Shown in pieces: positions 26,927 to 36,792 of a DNA stretch of 64,000 nt. Position numbers and translations under genes: made by a program. The stretch's first letter is position 1, and each line of letters starts with the position of its first letter. The stretch is taken from positions 7,738 to 71,737 of the forward strand of contig JAJYTO010000001.1 in the NCBI GenBank assembly GCA_021793015.1. Direction: 5' to 3'. This stretch comes from Bacillota bacterium. GTDB taxonomy: Bacteria > Bacillota > Bacilli > Alicyclobacillales > SLC66. The notes below the pieces were generated by a model. That model made no database searches. It saw only the letters and a program-made list of their open reading frames with translations, and had not been told where the DNA came from.

Positions 26927-27133
26927 TGCCCGGGTACCCCTTTCCCCCATTATTACGCCAAGCCGCGAAAATTACAAGGCGCCCAGTGCTGACGCGAAGC
27001 CTACTGAGTCTTGAACTGTAGCATCATATGCGAACGCCTCGGTTGCGGTGAGATGGGGAGTCGTTCGTTCATCAGCCCGTGGATTCGAAAAGGGCCGCGG
27101 AATGAGCCATCGCAAAGCCGGCGCGCCCGCTCA

Positions 27134-27574
27134 TCAGCCCGTGGATCCGAAACCGCCCTGGCGGGAGGGAAACGAGGAACCCTCGTCGTCGGTGGTTCCC
27201 GCTTTCATGATGATCCCTTGCGCAATTCGTTCTCCGCGCCGCAGAGTCGCAGGAGAGGAGCCAAAGTTCCAGAGCGGAATCATGATATGACCGCCGTTTC
27301 CAGGATTGCCAAAGTAGTCGGCGTCAATTACGCCGACGCTGTTCGCCAACATCAGCCTGTATTTCACAGCCAGGCTGCTGCGCGCGAAAATAGCCAGAAA
27401 CTCTCCCTCTGGCAGCAGGATGCGCAGGCCTGTTCCCACCAGTTCGATACAGTCAGGGGCGATCTCCACATCCGCAATCGCGCACAGATCATAGCCCGCC
27501 GATCCCGCCGTCTGCCTGGCCGGCAGGACCAGTCCGGCGTGGGGGGCGTCCGGCATCCACTCGAACCGCCTCAT
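27134..27574 (-). CDS. dut: dUTP diphosphatase
   Basis: Trimeric dUTPase motifs (GSAGYDL, IDADYFG) and a Gly-rich C-terminus. Tandem TGA TGA stops. Confidence 0.88.
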   Translation of the reverse strand: MRRFEWMPDAPHAGLVLPARQTAGSAGYDLCAIADVEIAPDCIELVGTGLRILLPEGEFLAIFARSSLAVKYRLMLANSVGVIDADYFGNPGNGGHIMIPLWNFGSSPATLRRGERIAQGIIMKAGTTDDEGSSFPSRQGGFGSTG

Positions 27575-28863
27575 CGGATCACACCGCTGGCCAGATGCAG
27601 GGAATGCGTTTGCGGCCCCATCGCGACAAACGAGAACGGGCCCGAGAGCACCGATTCCGTAGTCAACGCCATATCCTTCGCGGTCACGCCGTCAATATCG
27701 GCGATCGTCTCATCCAATTCAATCTGACGCCCCAGCAGCAATTCGTTTTTGCCGATGCGGGTCATCCGGCTTGAAGTGCTTTCAAGGCTGAGCAGCAGCG
27801 ACCCCTTCACCTGATTCTTGGCTTTCTCCAGCTCGGCCTCCGTCACGCCCGCCTCAAGGCACTCGCGAACGACGCCGCCCACCAGTTCAAGCACCTCTTC
27901 CGCCTTGGCAGGCGACGACCCAAAGTAAATGGTGAACAGTCCCGTATCTCGAAATGACGTGTGATAGGAGAATACATTATAGGCCATGCCGCGTTCCTCG
28001 CGAATTTCCTGAAACAGCCGCGAACTCGAACTCGAACCCAGGATATTGTTCAGCAACAAAAGCGGATAGCTGCGCTCGTCCGCAAAGGAGAAACCCTTCA
28101 CGCCGAGACATACATGCACCTGTTCGATCGGTTTGACCTGATAGACGTCGGCGTCGGTAAAAACGGGCGCTTCCGTCACATACTCGCGCCCATCTCGCGC
28201 AAATGAACCAAACAGCGGTTCGATCACACGCAGAAGCGCCCCGGCGTCCACCCGTCCGGATAGGGCAATCACCATCCTGTCCTGCGTATACCGCGCCTCG
28301 ATATAACTCTGTAGATCGGCTTTGGAAAAGCTCCGCAGATGCGCTTCCGTCCCCAGGATGTTCGCGCCGAGCGGATGGCCGGAAAACGTCTCCTCCAGAA
28401 TCGCATCGTGCACGGATTCCTCAGGATTGTCTTCGTACATTTTGATTTCTTCGATGACAACGCCCTTTTCCCGCTCCATGTCCTCCGGCGCGAACACCGA
28501 ATCAAACAGCATGTCCGCGATCGTCTTCAGCGCCAGACTCACATGTTCATCCAGCACCTTGGCGTGAAAACAGGTGTATTCCTTGGTGGTGAAGGCGTTC
28601 ACCTGCCCGCCGATATTATCGAAAACCTCCGCCAGTTCGCGCGCAGACCGCGTTGCCGTACCCTTAAAAAACATATGCTCAAGAAAGTGCGAGACGCCGC
28701 AATAGTGGGGCGGTTCATCCCTTGATCCGGTTGCGACCCACACCCCCAGGCTCACGGAGCGAACAAAGGGAATCTCTTCGATGACAACGCGCACTCCATT
28801 GTCAAGTGTATGTCTGTAAATCAACGGTTGCCTCCTCCGTGAACTGCCGATTCCATCGTCCAC
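27571..28863 (-). CDS. M16-family zinc peptidase (YmxG/MlpA-like)
   Basis: Inverted zinc motif HFLEHMFFKGT, ~430 aa, in the same position as in Bacillus. Confidence 0.88.
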   Translation of the reverse strand: MDDGIGSSRRRQPLIYRHTLDNGVRVVIEEIPFVRSVSLGVWVATGSRDEPPHYCGVSHFLEHMFFKGTATRSARELAEVFDNIGGQVNAFTTKEYTCFHAKVLDEHVSLALKTIADMLFDSVFAPEDMEREKGVVIEEIKMYEDNPEESVHDAILEETFSGHPLGANILGTEAHLRSFSKADLQSYIEARYTQDRMVIALSGRVDAGALLRVIEPLFGSFARDGREYVTEAPVFTDADVYQVKPIEQVHVCLGVKGFSFADERSYPLLLLNNILGSSSSSRLFQEIREERGMAYNVFSYHTSFRDTGLFTIYFGSSPAKAEEVLELVGGVVRECLEAGVTEAELEKAKNQVKGSLLLSLESTSSRMTRIGKNELLLGRQIELDETIADIDGVTAKDMALTTESVLSGPFSFVAMGPQTHSLHLASGVIR

Positions 28864-28902
28864 TCAAACTGAACCCACTATATCAGAATACGGTGCGCCC
28901 GC

Positions 28903-29964
28903 TCAACTGTGCAACGCGTCCTGTACAGTCGCAGGCACGGGTCGAACCGGACTGAGAAGTTGCGACACCGTGACCAGACTGTAGCCATCCTTGCGCAGGA
29001 CTGCGATCAGTTCCGGAAGCGCCGCCACTGTGGGCGCAGTCGGATGCATCAGCACAAGCGCTCCCGGCGTTCTCTTTCCAGCCACGCGGGAGACGATCAC
29101 GGCCGGGCTCGGCTTGCGCCAGTCAATCGTGTCGATCGTCCACAGAATCGTCCTCATGCCAAGACCCGCAGCGACGCGCACCACCATATCATTGTAATCG
29201 CCGGAGGGAGGGGCAAATAAATCCGCCTTCACGCCTGTCGCCCGCCAGATCGCCGTGTTGGTGCGCTCGATTTGGCTGATCATCGAAACGCGCGACAGTC
29301 TGCTCATGTTTGGATGAGTGTACGCATGATTCCCCAGTTCCATGCCCGCCGCGGCGATCATTTTGGCGATCGCGGCGCTCTTTGCTGTCCAACTTCCGTC
29401 GAGAAAGAAAGTCGCCCGCACATGCTGGCGCTCGAAAATCTTCAGGATCTCCGGCACATACTCGGCGCCCCACGCCACATTGACCATCAGCGCCATCTGC
29501 CGTTTTTGCGGATTGCCGCGATAGATCGGCTGCGCAACAAAATCCTTGCCGCTGACGGCGGGAGGAATCTGTTCAAACACGAGCGGCGCTTGGTAGCCCT
29601 GCACTGCCATCCTTTTTGCTGTCTCCTGGATATTGAGACGAATTCCATTCAATCCAGGGATCAATTTCCACACCGGGTCGATGCGGGCGTCAATGGGCGG
29701 CGCGTCGTATCGCCTTGCAATCTCTTGCAACTGCGCCTCTGCGGAAAGCGGGGACGGCAGCGCTGTCCCGCCAACCGCCATGCGCGTCGACTGCGCCACA
29801 GGGACCGCGGGGACCGCCTGGGACAGACTGCCCCACACAGTCGCGAGAGCGGACGCTGAAGGTTGCCACTCCCGCAGGAACAGCACACTCGCCAAGCACA
29901 GCACGATGATGGCCGAGTTCTTGGAAATTAACACTACGTGCCACCTGGAGCGTTTGCGCGACAT
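28903..29964 (-). CDS. ylxY: Polysaccharide deacetylase (NodB domain; YlxY-like, sporulation-associated)
   Basis: NodB motifs (FFLDGSW, GNHAYTHP) and an N-terminal TM helix. Start set at ATG 29964 behind GGGGAGGGG. The longest ORF start would lie inside the pnp terminator hairpin. Confidence 0.8.
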   Translation of the reverse strand: MSRKRSRWHVVLISKNSAIIVLCLASVLFLREWQPSASALATVWGSLSQAVPAVPVAQSTRMAVGGTALPSPLSAEAQLQEIARRYDAPPIDARIDPVWKLIPGLNGIRLNIQETAKRMAVQGYQAPLVFEQIPPAVSGKDFVAQPIYRGNPQKRQMALMVNVAWGAEYVPEILKIFERQHVRATFFLDGSWTAKSAAIAKMIAAAGMELGNHAYTHPNMSRLSRVSMISQIERTNTAIWRATGVKADLFAPPSGDYNDMVVRVAAGLGMRTILWTIDTIDWRKPSPAVIVSRVAGKRTPGALVLMHPTAPTVAALPELIAVLRKDGYSLVTVSQLLSPVRPVPATVQDALHS

Positions 29965-30157
29965 TCGGCCACCCCTCCCCGGATCCCATCCAGCCCCACT
30001 CGGACCCTGGATCCACGCCATGAAGCGCATCTGCAAATAACCGTGGGAAGACGCTTCTTGGACAAGAGTATGCCGGCCGTCGTTATTTAAGACCTCGGCC
30101 ATCGCAATTCGCCGTTCACCGGATCTGCGCTCTGCGGCCCATGCCGGGCGGACAACC

Positions 30158-30188
30158 AAAGAAGGCCGGCGCTTCGCCGCCCTTCTTT
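30158..30188 (-). terminator. Intrinsic terminator closing the pnp transcription unit
   Basis: Minus strand reads AAAGAAGGGCGGCG-aag-CGCCGGCCTTCTTT followed by GGTTG. A long GC-rich stem with one mismatch. Confidence 0.6.
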
Positions 30189-30203
30189 ATCCTGGCCTCT
30201 GTC

Positions 30204-30482
30204 GTGAAAATACGGTGGCCCGTGCCGGTCGGAGTCATATATTGCGCCCCTGCTCAGACAGCGCTTCGCACAACTCGCGACGGTCGCAATATATGACTCC
30301 TCCCTGAGCGGGCTTTACGTCCGTGAAGAACGCTGTCGACGCCATTTTCATCCTGCTGATGGTGGCGCGTCAGCGCCATGACGGGCTGTCCCGGAAAATC
30401 GCCGCAGGCGCATTTTCGACTCGGTTGTTGGTGCTGCGCAAGTGAGATTTTGCTTCACAAAACTCAGGCATGACAGTCTATC
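30204..30482. repeat. Modular intergenic repeat cluster R4 (hp1, T unit, A unit with H insert)
   Basis: The hp1 stem is GGAGTCATATATTGCG (30231-30246) paired with CGCAATATATGACTCC (30285-30300). The A unit carries the insert gtgagattttgcttcacaaaactcag. Confidence 0.9.
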
Positions 30483-30557
30483 AAGAAGGAGTACAAGCTG
30501 AAACTGTTCCCGGTTACGCCGGGAGATCGTATATACCGCATCGCGTCCCGATGATCG

Positions 30558-32810
30558 TCAGCGGTCGGCAGGCGTTTTGCGTTCTGCGAAAGCTCCCTGG
30601 CGAGGTCCGGGACCGCGATCGCGGTCCCGGGGCCTGTCTCCCCGGTCGGAGCGATCCCCTCCGCGCCCGCCCCGAAACGGCGGTTTGCCGCGCTCTCCCT
30701 CCGGGCGAGGAGGCAATTCGACGATGGCAACCCCTTCGTCGCGAAGCACTTCACGGTGGGACAGGTTGAGACGCCCTTGCGCGTCCACCTCAGTCACCTT
30801 CACGCGCAGGGAATCGCCGACTTTGACGACGTCTTCCGTGCGTCTGACCCGGTCCGCCCCAAGCTGCGACACATGAACGAGCCCCTCTTTTCCCGGCAGC
30901 ACCTCGACAAAAGCGCCGTAGCTCTCCACGCGCATCACTCTGCCCACGTACGTCTGTCCGACTTCCACCTCGCGCACAATGCCCTCAATGATGTTCTTCG
31001 CCGTCTCTCCGGCCGTGACGTCCGTCGCAGAGATGAAGACGCGGCCATCCTGTTCAATGTCGATCTTGACGCCTGTGTCTTCAATGATCTTGTTGATCAC
31101 CCGGCCGCCTGGTCCGATCACCTCGCGAATCTTGTCGGGACTTATGCGCAAAGTGATAATGCGGGGCGCGAATCTCGACAATTCCGCGCGCGGACGATCG
31201 AGCACCGCCAGCATTTTGCCAAGGATGAACATGCGGCCAGCGTGCGCCTTCTCCAGCGCCTTCTCCAGAATCGAGCGATCAATGCCGCCGATTTTGATGT
31301 CCATCTGCAACGCCGTCACACCGTTCGCCGTGCCGGCAACCTTGAAGTCCATGTCGCCAAGGTGATCCTCCATGCCCTGGATATCAGTCAGCACAGCCAC
31401 AAGGTCGCCTTCCTTGACAAGGCCCATGGCGACGCCCGCAACCGGGGCCTTGATGGGTACGCCGGCGTCCATCAGCGCCAGCACGGATGCGCAGATTGAC
31501 GCCTGTGATGTGCTGCCGTTTGATTCCAGCACTTCCGCGACAAGCCGAATCGTATACGGAAAGCTCTCCTCGCTCGGAATGATCGGTTCGATCGCCCGTT
31601 CGCCCAAAGCCCCATGTCCGATATCCCGACGGCTGGGGGGACGAAGCGGACGCGCCTCGCCCGTTGAAAAAGGCGGAAAGTTATAGTGGTGCATAAACCG
31701 CTTGCTCTCTTCCGGACTGATGCCGTCCAGGATCTGAACATCGCCGAGCGCGCCCAGTGTGCATACAGAGAGAGCCTGCGTCTGTCCGCGGGTAAACAAC
31801 CCGGAGCCGTGCGTGCGCGGCAGCACTCCCACCTCCACGCTGATCGGCCGAATCTCGTCCAGGCCGCGCCCATCGGGCCGCTGTCCATGCAAAACAATGG
31901 CTTTGCGCACTTCTTCCTTCACGATGTCGTGCAACACTTCAGCGATATCCGCCGAACCCTCGGGAAACCGTTCAGCCAATGCGCTCTGAGTCTCGTCGAT
32001 CACCGCGTCCATCGCCGCTTCCCGGGCCAACTTCTCCTCGGTTTGCACGGCGTTCCGAAGCTTGTCCGTTGCATACTGGCGCACACCCGCGTCAATCGCG
32101 GCATCGGGCGCGTGCAGCGTGACTTCCATCTTCGGTTTCCCGGCCTGTGCAGCCAGGAGATCGAGATTCGCGATGACTCTCCTGATTTCTTCGTGGCCAA
32201 ACATGATCGCCTCAAGCATGACGGCCTCAGGCACTTCCTTCGCGCCCGCTTCAACCATCATGATGGCGTCGCGCGTCCCGGCCACGACCAGATGCATGTC
32301 GCTCTGCTCGGCTTGCGCCGCCGTTGGATTGATAATAAACCGTCCGTCCACCCGCCCGACAATCACCCCGGCGATGGGACCGTCAAACGGCACGTCAGAG
32401 ATGCTGAGGGCTGCCGAAACGCCGATCATGCCAGCGATTTCCGGCGCGCAATCCTGGTCCACCGACATGACGAGCACAACGACCTGAACATCGTTGCGAA
32501 AACCGTCCGCAAACAGCGGCCGGATCGGCCTGTCGATCAATCGGCTTGCGAGAATGGCCTTCTCGCTTGGCCTTCCCTCGCGTTTAATGAATCCGCCAGG
32601 GATCTTGCCGACGGCATAGAGCCGCTCCTCGTAGTTCACCGTAAGCGGAAAAAAGTCTAGCGGCTTCGGCTCCGACGATGCTGTCACCGTGGCCAGCACG
32701 ACGGTTTCCCCGTACTCGACAAGCACCGCTCCGTTGGCCTGTTTGGCCAAACGCCCCGTCTCCAACCGCAGGCGTCGACCGCCCAGCATCATGTCCTGTT
32801 CGTGAATCAA
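30558..32810 (-). CDS. pnp: Polyribonucleotide nucleotidyltransferase (PNPase) with Arg/Gly/Asp-rich C-terminal tail
   Basis: Two RNase PH domains ([14 protein letters not shown]) plus KH and S1 domains. About 50 aa of extra tail, [24 protein letters not shown] start behind GGAGGG. Confidence 0.95.
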   Translation of the reverse strand: MIHEQDMMLGGRRLRLETGRLAKQANGAVLVEYGETVVLATVTASSEPKPLDFFPLTVNYEERLYAVGKIPGGFIKREGRPSEKAILASRLIDRPIRPLFADGFRNDVQVVVLVMSVDQDCAPEIAGMIGVSAALSISDVPFDGPIAGVIVGRVDGRFIINPTAAQAEQSDMHLVVAGTRDAIMMVEAGAKEVPEAVMLEAIMFGHEEIRRVIANLDLLAAQAGKPKMEVTLHAPDAAIDAGVRQYATDKLRNAVQTEEKLAREAAMDAVIDETQSALAERFPEGSADIAEVLHDIVKEEVRKAIVLHGQRPDGRGLDEIRPISVEVGVLPRTHGSGLFTRGQTQALSVCTLGALGDVQILDGISPEESKRFMHHYNFPPFSTGEARPLRPPSRRDIGHGALGERAIEPIIPSEESFPYTIRLVAEVLESNGSTSQASICASVLALMDAGVPIKAPVAGVAMGLVKEGDLVAVLTDIQGMEDHLGDMDFKVAGTANGVTALQMDIKIGGIDRSILEKALEKAHAGRMFILGKMLAVLDRPRAELSRFAPRIITLRISPDKIREVIGPGGRVINKIIEDTGVKIDIEQDGRVFISATDVTAGETAKNIIEGIVREVEVGQTYVGRVMRVESYGAFVEVLPGKEGLVHVSQLGADRVRRTEDVVKVGDSLRVKVTEVDAQGRLNLSHREVLRDEGVAIVELPPRPEGERGKPPFRGGRGGDRSDRGDRPRDRDRGPGPRQGAFAERKTPADR

Positions 32811-32900
32811 GCGTCAGAACCCTCCTCTGAGAAACGGGGGACCTCTCGTCGCATGCCCCGTAAAGCGCTGCCAAGCTATGTGGATGGCGCCACTGATGGA

Positions 32901-32936
32901 AATACCAAAGAAGGAGCGGGGCGCCCCGCTCCTTCT
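32901..32936 (-). terminator. Intrinsic terminator/attenuator between rpsO and pnp
   Basis: Minus strand reads AGAAGGAGCGGGGC/GCCCCGCTCCTTCT, a palindrome that starts inside the rpsO stop codon, followed by TTGGTATTT. Confidence 0.75.
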
Positions 32937-33204
32937 AGTGGCGAAGTCCTAACCGAGTGATCAATGCCCGATAGCGGTTGATGTCGTGTTCACGCAGGTA
33001 ACGCAGCAAATGCGCGCGCTTGTACACCATCTTGAACAGCCCTCGCCGAGAGTGGTGGTCTTTCTTGTGCGTGCGAAAATGCTGGTTGAGGTAGTTGATC
33101 CGCTCTGTCAAAAGGGCGACCTGGACCTCTGGAGATCCTGTGTCTCCCTCGTGAACCGCGAATGATTCGATGAGTTCCTGCTTGCGTTCCGGCGTCAGCG
33201 CCAT
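32935..33204 (-). CDS. rpsO: 30S ribosomal protein S15
   Basis: 89 aa. [15 protein letters not shown]...HDHHSRRGL is a canonical S15. Confidence 0.97.
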   Translation of the reverse strand: MALTPERKQELIESFAVHEGDTGSPEVQVALLTERINYLNQHFRTHKKDHHSRRGLFKMVYKRAHLLRYLREHDINRYRALITRLGLRH

Positions 33205-33402
33205 GTGATTCCCTCCATAATATCCCTAGCCATCGCCGACAGCACAGTGTCCGGCGGAGCACCGCGACACCAAGCTGCTGCTACACTTGCATACGAGTGC
33301 AAGCCCGGGTAGATTCGTGCAACATCGTGCGCAACCAATGTTCAGTATGGCACAACCGATATCAGTATACACACGGCGCAGGCAGTAGTAAAGGAATTGG
33401 CA

Positions 33403-34371
33403 TTATTTTTTATCATCCCGTTCGGGAGCGGCGGGCCACAACACCGCCGCCTCGCGGTCCCTGAACAGTTGCGTCCGCAGTTCGTCAACATCGGCAAACT
33501 TGCGTTCTTCGCGGACATAGCCCAACAGATCCACCGCCATTTCGCAGCCGTACAGGTCTTGCGCATAATCCAGCAGGTGCACCTCAATGGTCAGGTCGCC
33601 CTGCTCGTACACGGTCGGCCGCCGACCCACGTTCATCATCCCCCGCGCGCTCGCCCCCCCCACTTCGCACTGCACGGCGTACACTCCCACGCGAGGAAGG
33701 ACGAACGATTCGGCCAACACGAGGTTGGCGGTGGGAAAACCGATCGTCCTTCCGCGCCGGTCCCCGACCACGACGGTTCCACGCAGCCGGTAGGGTCGCC
33801 CCAGCATGGCCGTGACCGACGCCACCTCTCCCGCGGCGAGGTGACTGCGAATGGCGGAACTGCTCACCGGCGCATCGGCGAAGTCCACGTGCGCGATCGT
33901 GTCCACGGCAATTCCGAGCGTCTGCCCGATGCGGGCCAGATCGTCTGGACCATACGCCCCGCGGCGGCCCAGACGGAAATCGTATCCGACGACCAGGTGA
34001 CTGGCCTTCAAGGGCAGCAGATAATTCACGACAAATTCATCTGCTGTCTGATTACGGAAGATTTCGTCGAATGTCGCCACAAACACGTCCCGCATCCCGT
34101 AGGCGTGCGCGGCGCGGGCCCGCTCGCAAAGCGGGGTCAACAGCCGCTCGTAGGCAGTGTCTCCCGTGAGCGCAAAGCGCGGATGCGGTGTAAAGGTGAA
34201 CAGACACGGATCGGCGTCTGTGTCGCGCGCAACGGCGACAGCCCGTCCCAGCACTGCCTGATGGGCGATGTGCAGCCCGTCAAACTTGCCAATCGCAAAT
34301 ACCCGCCTGGATGTGGCGCGGTCCGCCTCAGGAGGGCAAGACAGCAGATGGAACGACCCGTCCAGATCCAT
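33403..34371 (-). CDS. ribF: Bifunctional riboflavin kinase / FMN adenylyltransferase
   Basis: AIGKFDGLHIAHQ and GFPTANL motifs. Start set at ATG 34371 behind GGGGTGA. Confidence 0.9.
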   Translation of the reverse strand: MDLDGSFHLLSCPPEADRATSRRVFAIGKFDGLHIAHQAVLGRAVAVARDTDADPCLFTFTPHPRFALTGDTAYERLLTPLCERARAAHAYGMRDVFVATFDEIFRNQTADEFVVNYLLPLKASHLVVGYDFRLGRRGAYGPDDLARIGQTLGIAVDTIAHVDFADAPVSSSAIRSHLAAGEVASVTAMLGRPYRLRGTVVVGDRRGRTIGFPTANLVLAESFVLPRVGVYAVQCEVGGASARGMMNVGRRPTVYEQGDLTIEVHLLDYAQDLYGCEMAVDLLGYVREERKFADVDELRTQLFRDREAAVLWPAAPERDDKK

Positions 34372-34375
34372 GAAC

Positions 34376-35368
34376 TCACCCCGCGTCACAGAATACTTTT
34401 TTGGCTCGCAGCCACACTCTGTCCTCATGCGCCTCCACAAGCTCATAGAGAGCGCACAGGCGGCCGTCCGGCGCAACCATGCGCACGAATTGACCCCGCG
34501 CGCCCTCGCCGACGGCTGCGCCGCCGCAACCCGCATCCGGCGCCTCCTGCGCGCCGACGGCCATTGTTCCCATCCCTGCTTGCGCAGGATGAAGATCCCC
34601 GCAAGGACAGTCCACCGGTTGTCCGTGTCGAACCGCCGTCATCTGCTCTGCGGTCAGGGTCAGGACCGACAGATGTTCGACCGCCGCGTCCGGCGCGAGG
34701 ACCAGGTTCCACTTCTCCTGCGCCACTTCTTCAAGGAGGTGGGCGTCGGCAAGCACAAACGGGCCAGAGCATGTCCTCACAAGGCTGCGCATGTGAGCTG
34801 GAACGCCCACCGCCGCGCCGATGTCATGACAGATGGTGCGAATATAGGCGCCTTTCCCACACTCAATCGAAAAACGCACACAATAATCCCCCGGATATAG
34901 ATGCACGTCCCTTATAGACAGGTCAAATACGGTGATGGGCCGCGGTTGCAAGTCCACTTCCCGCCCGGCCCGCGCCAGTTCATACGCCCGCTTGCCGGCG
35001 ATCTTTCGCGCCGAGTACGCCGGCGGTTTCTGCAGCAGGACGCCGCGAAAGCGCGCAAACGCGTTCCTGACGGCGCGTTCATCCAGACCGGCGGGGTCTG
35101 CCCTGGCGACGATCGCTCCCGTCGCATCCTGCGTATCCGTGGCTGTACCAAACTCCAGCACCGCTTCATAGCACTTGCGACGATCCGTCACATACTCGGC
35201 CAGGCGGGTGGCGCTTCCGAGAAAGACAGGCAGCACACCGGTTACCTGCGGATCCAGGATGCCTGAATGCCCTGCTTTTTTGACGCCCAGCAATCGTTTG
35301 ACCGCCGTCACCGCCTGTTGCGATGTCATGCCGGAAGCCTTATTTAAGATGAGAATGCCGCTGTCCAT
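34376..35368 (-). CDS. truB: tRNA pseudouridine(55) synthase TruB
   Basis: GILILNKASGMTS and catalytic GHSGILDPQVTGVL motifs, with a C-terminal PUA-like region. Start set at ATG 35368. Confidence 0.9.
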   Translation of the reverse strand: MDSGILILNKASGMTSQQAVTAVKRLLGVKKAGHSGILDPQVTGVLPVFLGSATRLAEYVTDRRKCYEAVLEFGTATDTQDATGAIVARADPAGLDERAVRNAFARFRGVLLQKPPAYSARKIAGKRAYELARAGREVDLQPRPITVFDLSIRDVHLYPGDYCVRFSIECGKGAYIRTICHDIGAAVGVPAHMRSLVRTCSGPFVLADAHLLEEVAQEKWNLVLAPDAAVEHLSVLTLTAEQMTAVRHGQPVDCPCGDLHPAQAGMGTMAVGAQEAPDAGCGGAAVGEGARGQFVRMVAPDGRLCALYELVEAHEDRVWLRAKKVFCDAG

Positions 35369-36353
35369 GTGCTGCAAAAGCCTCATTCACCGCCTGTTCC
35401 ACGCGGCTCACAAGATCGCTGATCGCCGCCGCCAGCGGACCGTCATGCTCGCAGCCCGCAGCGCGCACATGCCCGCCGCCGCCAAAATGAACCGCAATCG
35501 AGGACACATCGACAAATTCGCGAGACCGCAAACTCACCTTGATGGAGCCGTCATTTCGCTCCCGAAAGAGCAGTCCAACCTCGATTCCGGACAGCGACCG
35601 GGTATACGGAAGGAGCACCTCCACATCCCCTTCGGTCGCCCCGGAGGCCGCGAGCATCGCCTGATCCACAGCGACATAGGCGATGCGGCCGCTGTCATGA
35701 ACCGTCAGCGTCGCCAACCCCAGACGGACAAGTTCGGCCTGCTCACGGCTCATCGCTTCAAGCACCCTGTCCGCGACAAGAAACGGTTCAATATCCCGCG
35801 ACAGGAGATCCGCTGCGGCCAGATGGATTTCTGGAGTCGTGTTGTTGTAGCGGAAACCGCCCGTATCAAACACAATGCCGGTGTAAAGCGCCAGCGCGAT
35901 AGATTTGCCGATCGCCGCGTCGCCCGCGCGAAACAGGCGGTAGAGCACGAGACAGGTGGCCGCCGCCTCTGGCTGCACCAGATTGAGGGAGCCAAATCCG
36001 TCATTGGTCCCGTGGTGGTCGATGTTGATCAGGCTCGCGTCCGCCGCGACCAGCCCGCGGCTCTTGCCCATTCTCCGGACATCCGCGCAATCCAGCGCCA
36101 CCACCGCAGAAAACGGATCGGAGAGCGAATCCGTAAGCACGAAACGATCCGCGCCGGGCAGAAAATCATACCGGGATGGTATGGGATCGTCGTTGACGAG
36201 CGTGCAGGCGCGCCCGATGCCATCGCAATAATAGGCGACCGCCAGGGCCGCGCCGATCGCATCCCCGTCGGGGCTGACGTGGCAAACGATCAGAAGCGGA
36301 TCTGCGCTGTCGTCAAGCGCTTCCAGCACATTCGCATACAGACCGTTACCCAT
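35340..36353 (-). CDS. nrnA: DHH/DHHA1 phosphoesterase (NrnA-like oligoribonuclease / pAp phosphatase)
   Basis: DHH-family motifs (HVSPDGDAIGA, NIDHHGTND) and DHHA1 GGGGH. Confidence 0.8.
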   Translation of the reverse strand: MGNGLYANVLEALDDSADPLLIVCHVSPDGDAIGAALAVAYYCDGIGRACTLVNDDPIPSRYDFLPGADRFVLTDSLSDPFSAVVALDCADVRRMGKSRGLVAADASLINIDHHGTNDGFGSLNLVQPEAAATCLVLYRLFRAGDAAIGKSIALALYTGIVFDTGGFRYNNTTPEIHLAAADLLSRDIEPFLVADRVLEAMSREQAELVRLGLATLTVHDSGRIAYVAVDQAMLAASGATEGDVEVLLPYTRSLSGIEVGLLFRERNDGSIKVSLRSREFVDVSSIAVHFGGGGHVRAAGCEHDGPLAAAISDLVSRVEQAVNEAFAAHGQRHSHLK

Positions 36354-36753
36354 CCCCGCGCTCCCCTTTATCCTGGACCGGCATAATCTCGCTCAGCACC
36401 CGACCGATCTTTACGCTGTAGTCCATGGATTCGTCCAGTTTGAAGTGCAGTTCCGGCGTGATGCGCAACCGTATCCGGCGGCCGATTTCGCTGCGGATAA
36501 ACCCCTTGGCGCGTTCCAGGGCGATCAGACTGGCCTGTTTCTCTTCGGCGGAACCCATGACGGACACGAAGATCTTCGCGTGCGTCGCATCGCTGCTGAT
36601 TTCTGCGCCAGTCACGGTGACAAAGCCGATTCCCGGATCCTTGACGTGCTGATGAATCACGTCGCTTGCCTCCCGCTGGATCTGCAGGGCTATGCGTTCA
36701 TTGCGAACTTTCACACGTTCACCTACCAAATGCGGAGTGGTTGTCTGTCCCAT
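36346..36753 (-). CDS. rbfA: Ribosome-binding factor A
   Basis: KDPGIGFVTVTGAEISSDATHAKIFVS is a typical RbfA segment. Lies downstream of infB. Confidence 0.9.
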   Translation of the reverse strand: MGQTTTPHLVGERVKVRNERIALQIQREASDVIHQHVKDPGIGFVTVTGAEISSDATHAKIFVSVMGSAEEKQASLIALERAKGFIRSEIGRRIRLRITPELHFKLDESMDYSVKIGRVLSEIMPVQDKGERGDG

Positions 36754-36792
36754 CGCCTGCGCCTGGAAACTCCCGTCAGTCGATGCGCAGAC

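Noticed and set aside
26951-27060. A possible mother-cell (SigK-type) promoter upstream of dpaA (AC-N17-CATATGATG).
   Set aside because: It matches the CATA---TA consensus only partially, and I cannot evaluate it without a position weight matrix. It is not reported as a feature.
33205-33402. A possible S15 autoregulatory leader structure upstream of rpsO.
   Set aside because: Only short hairpins are visible (for example CTTGCA-ctcgta-TGCAAG). I cannot match them to a known S15-binding fold by eye.
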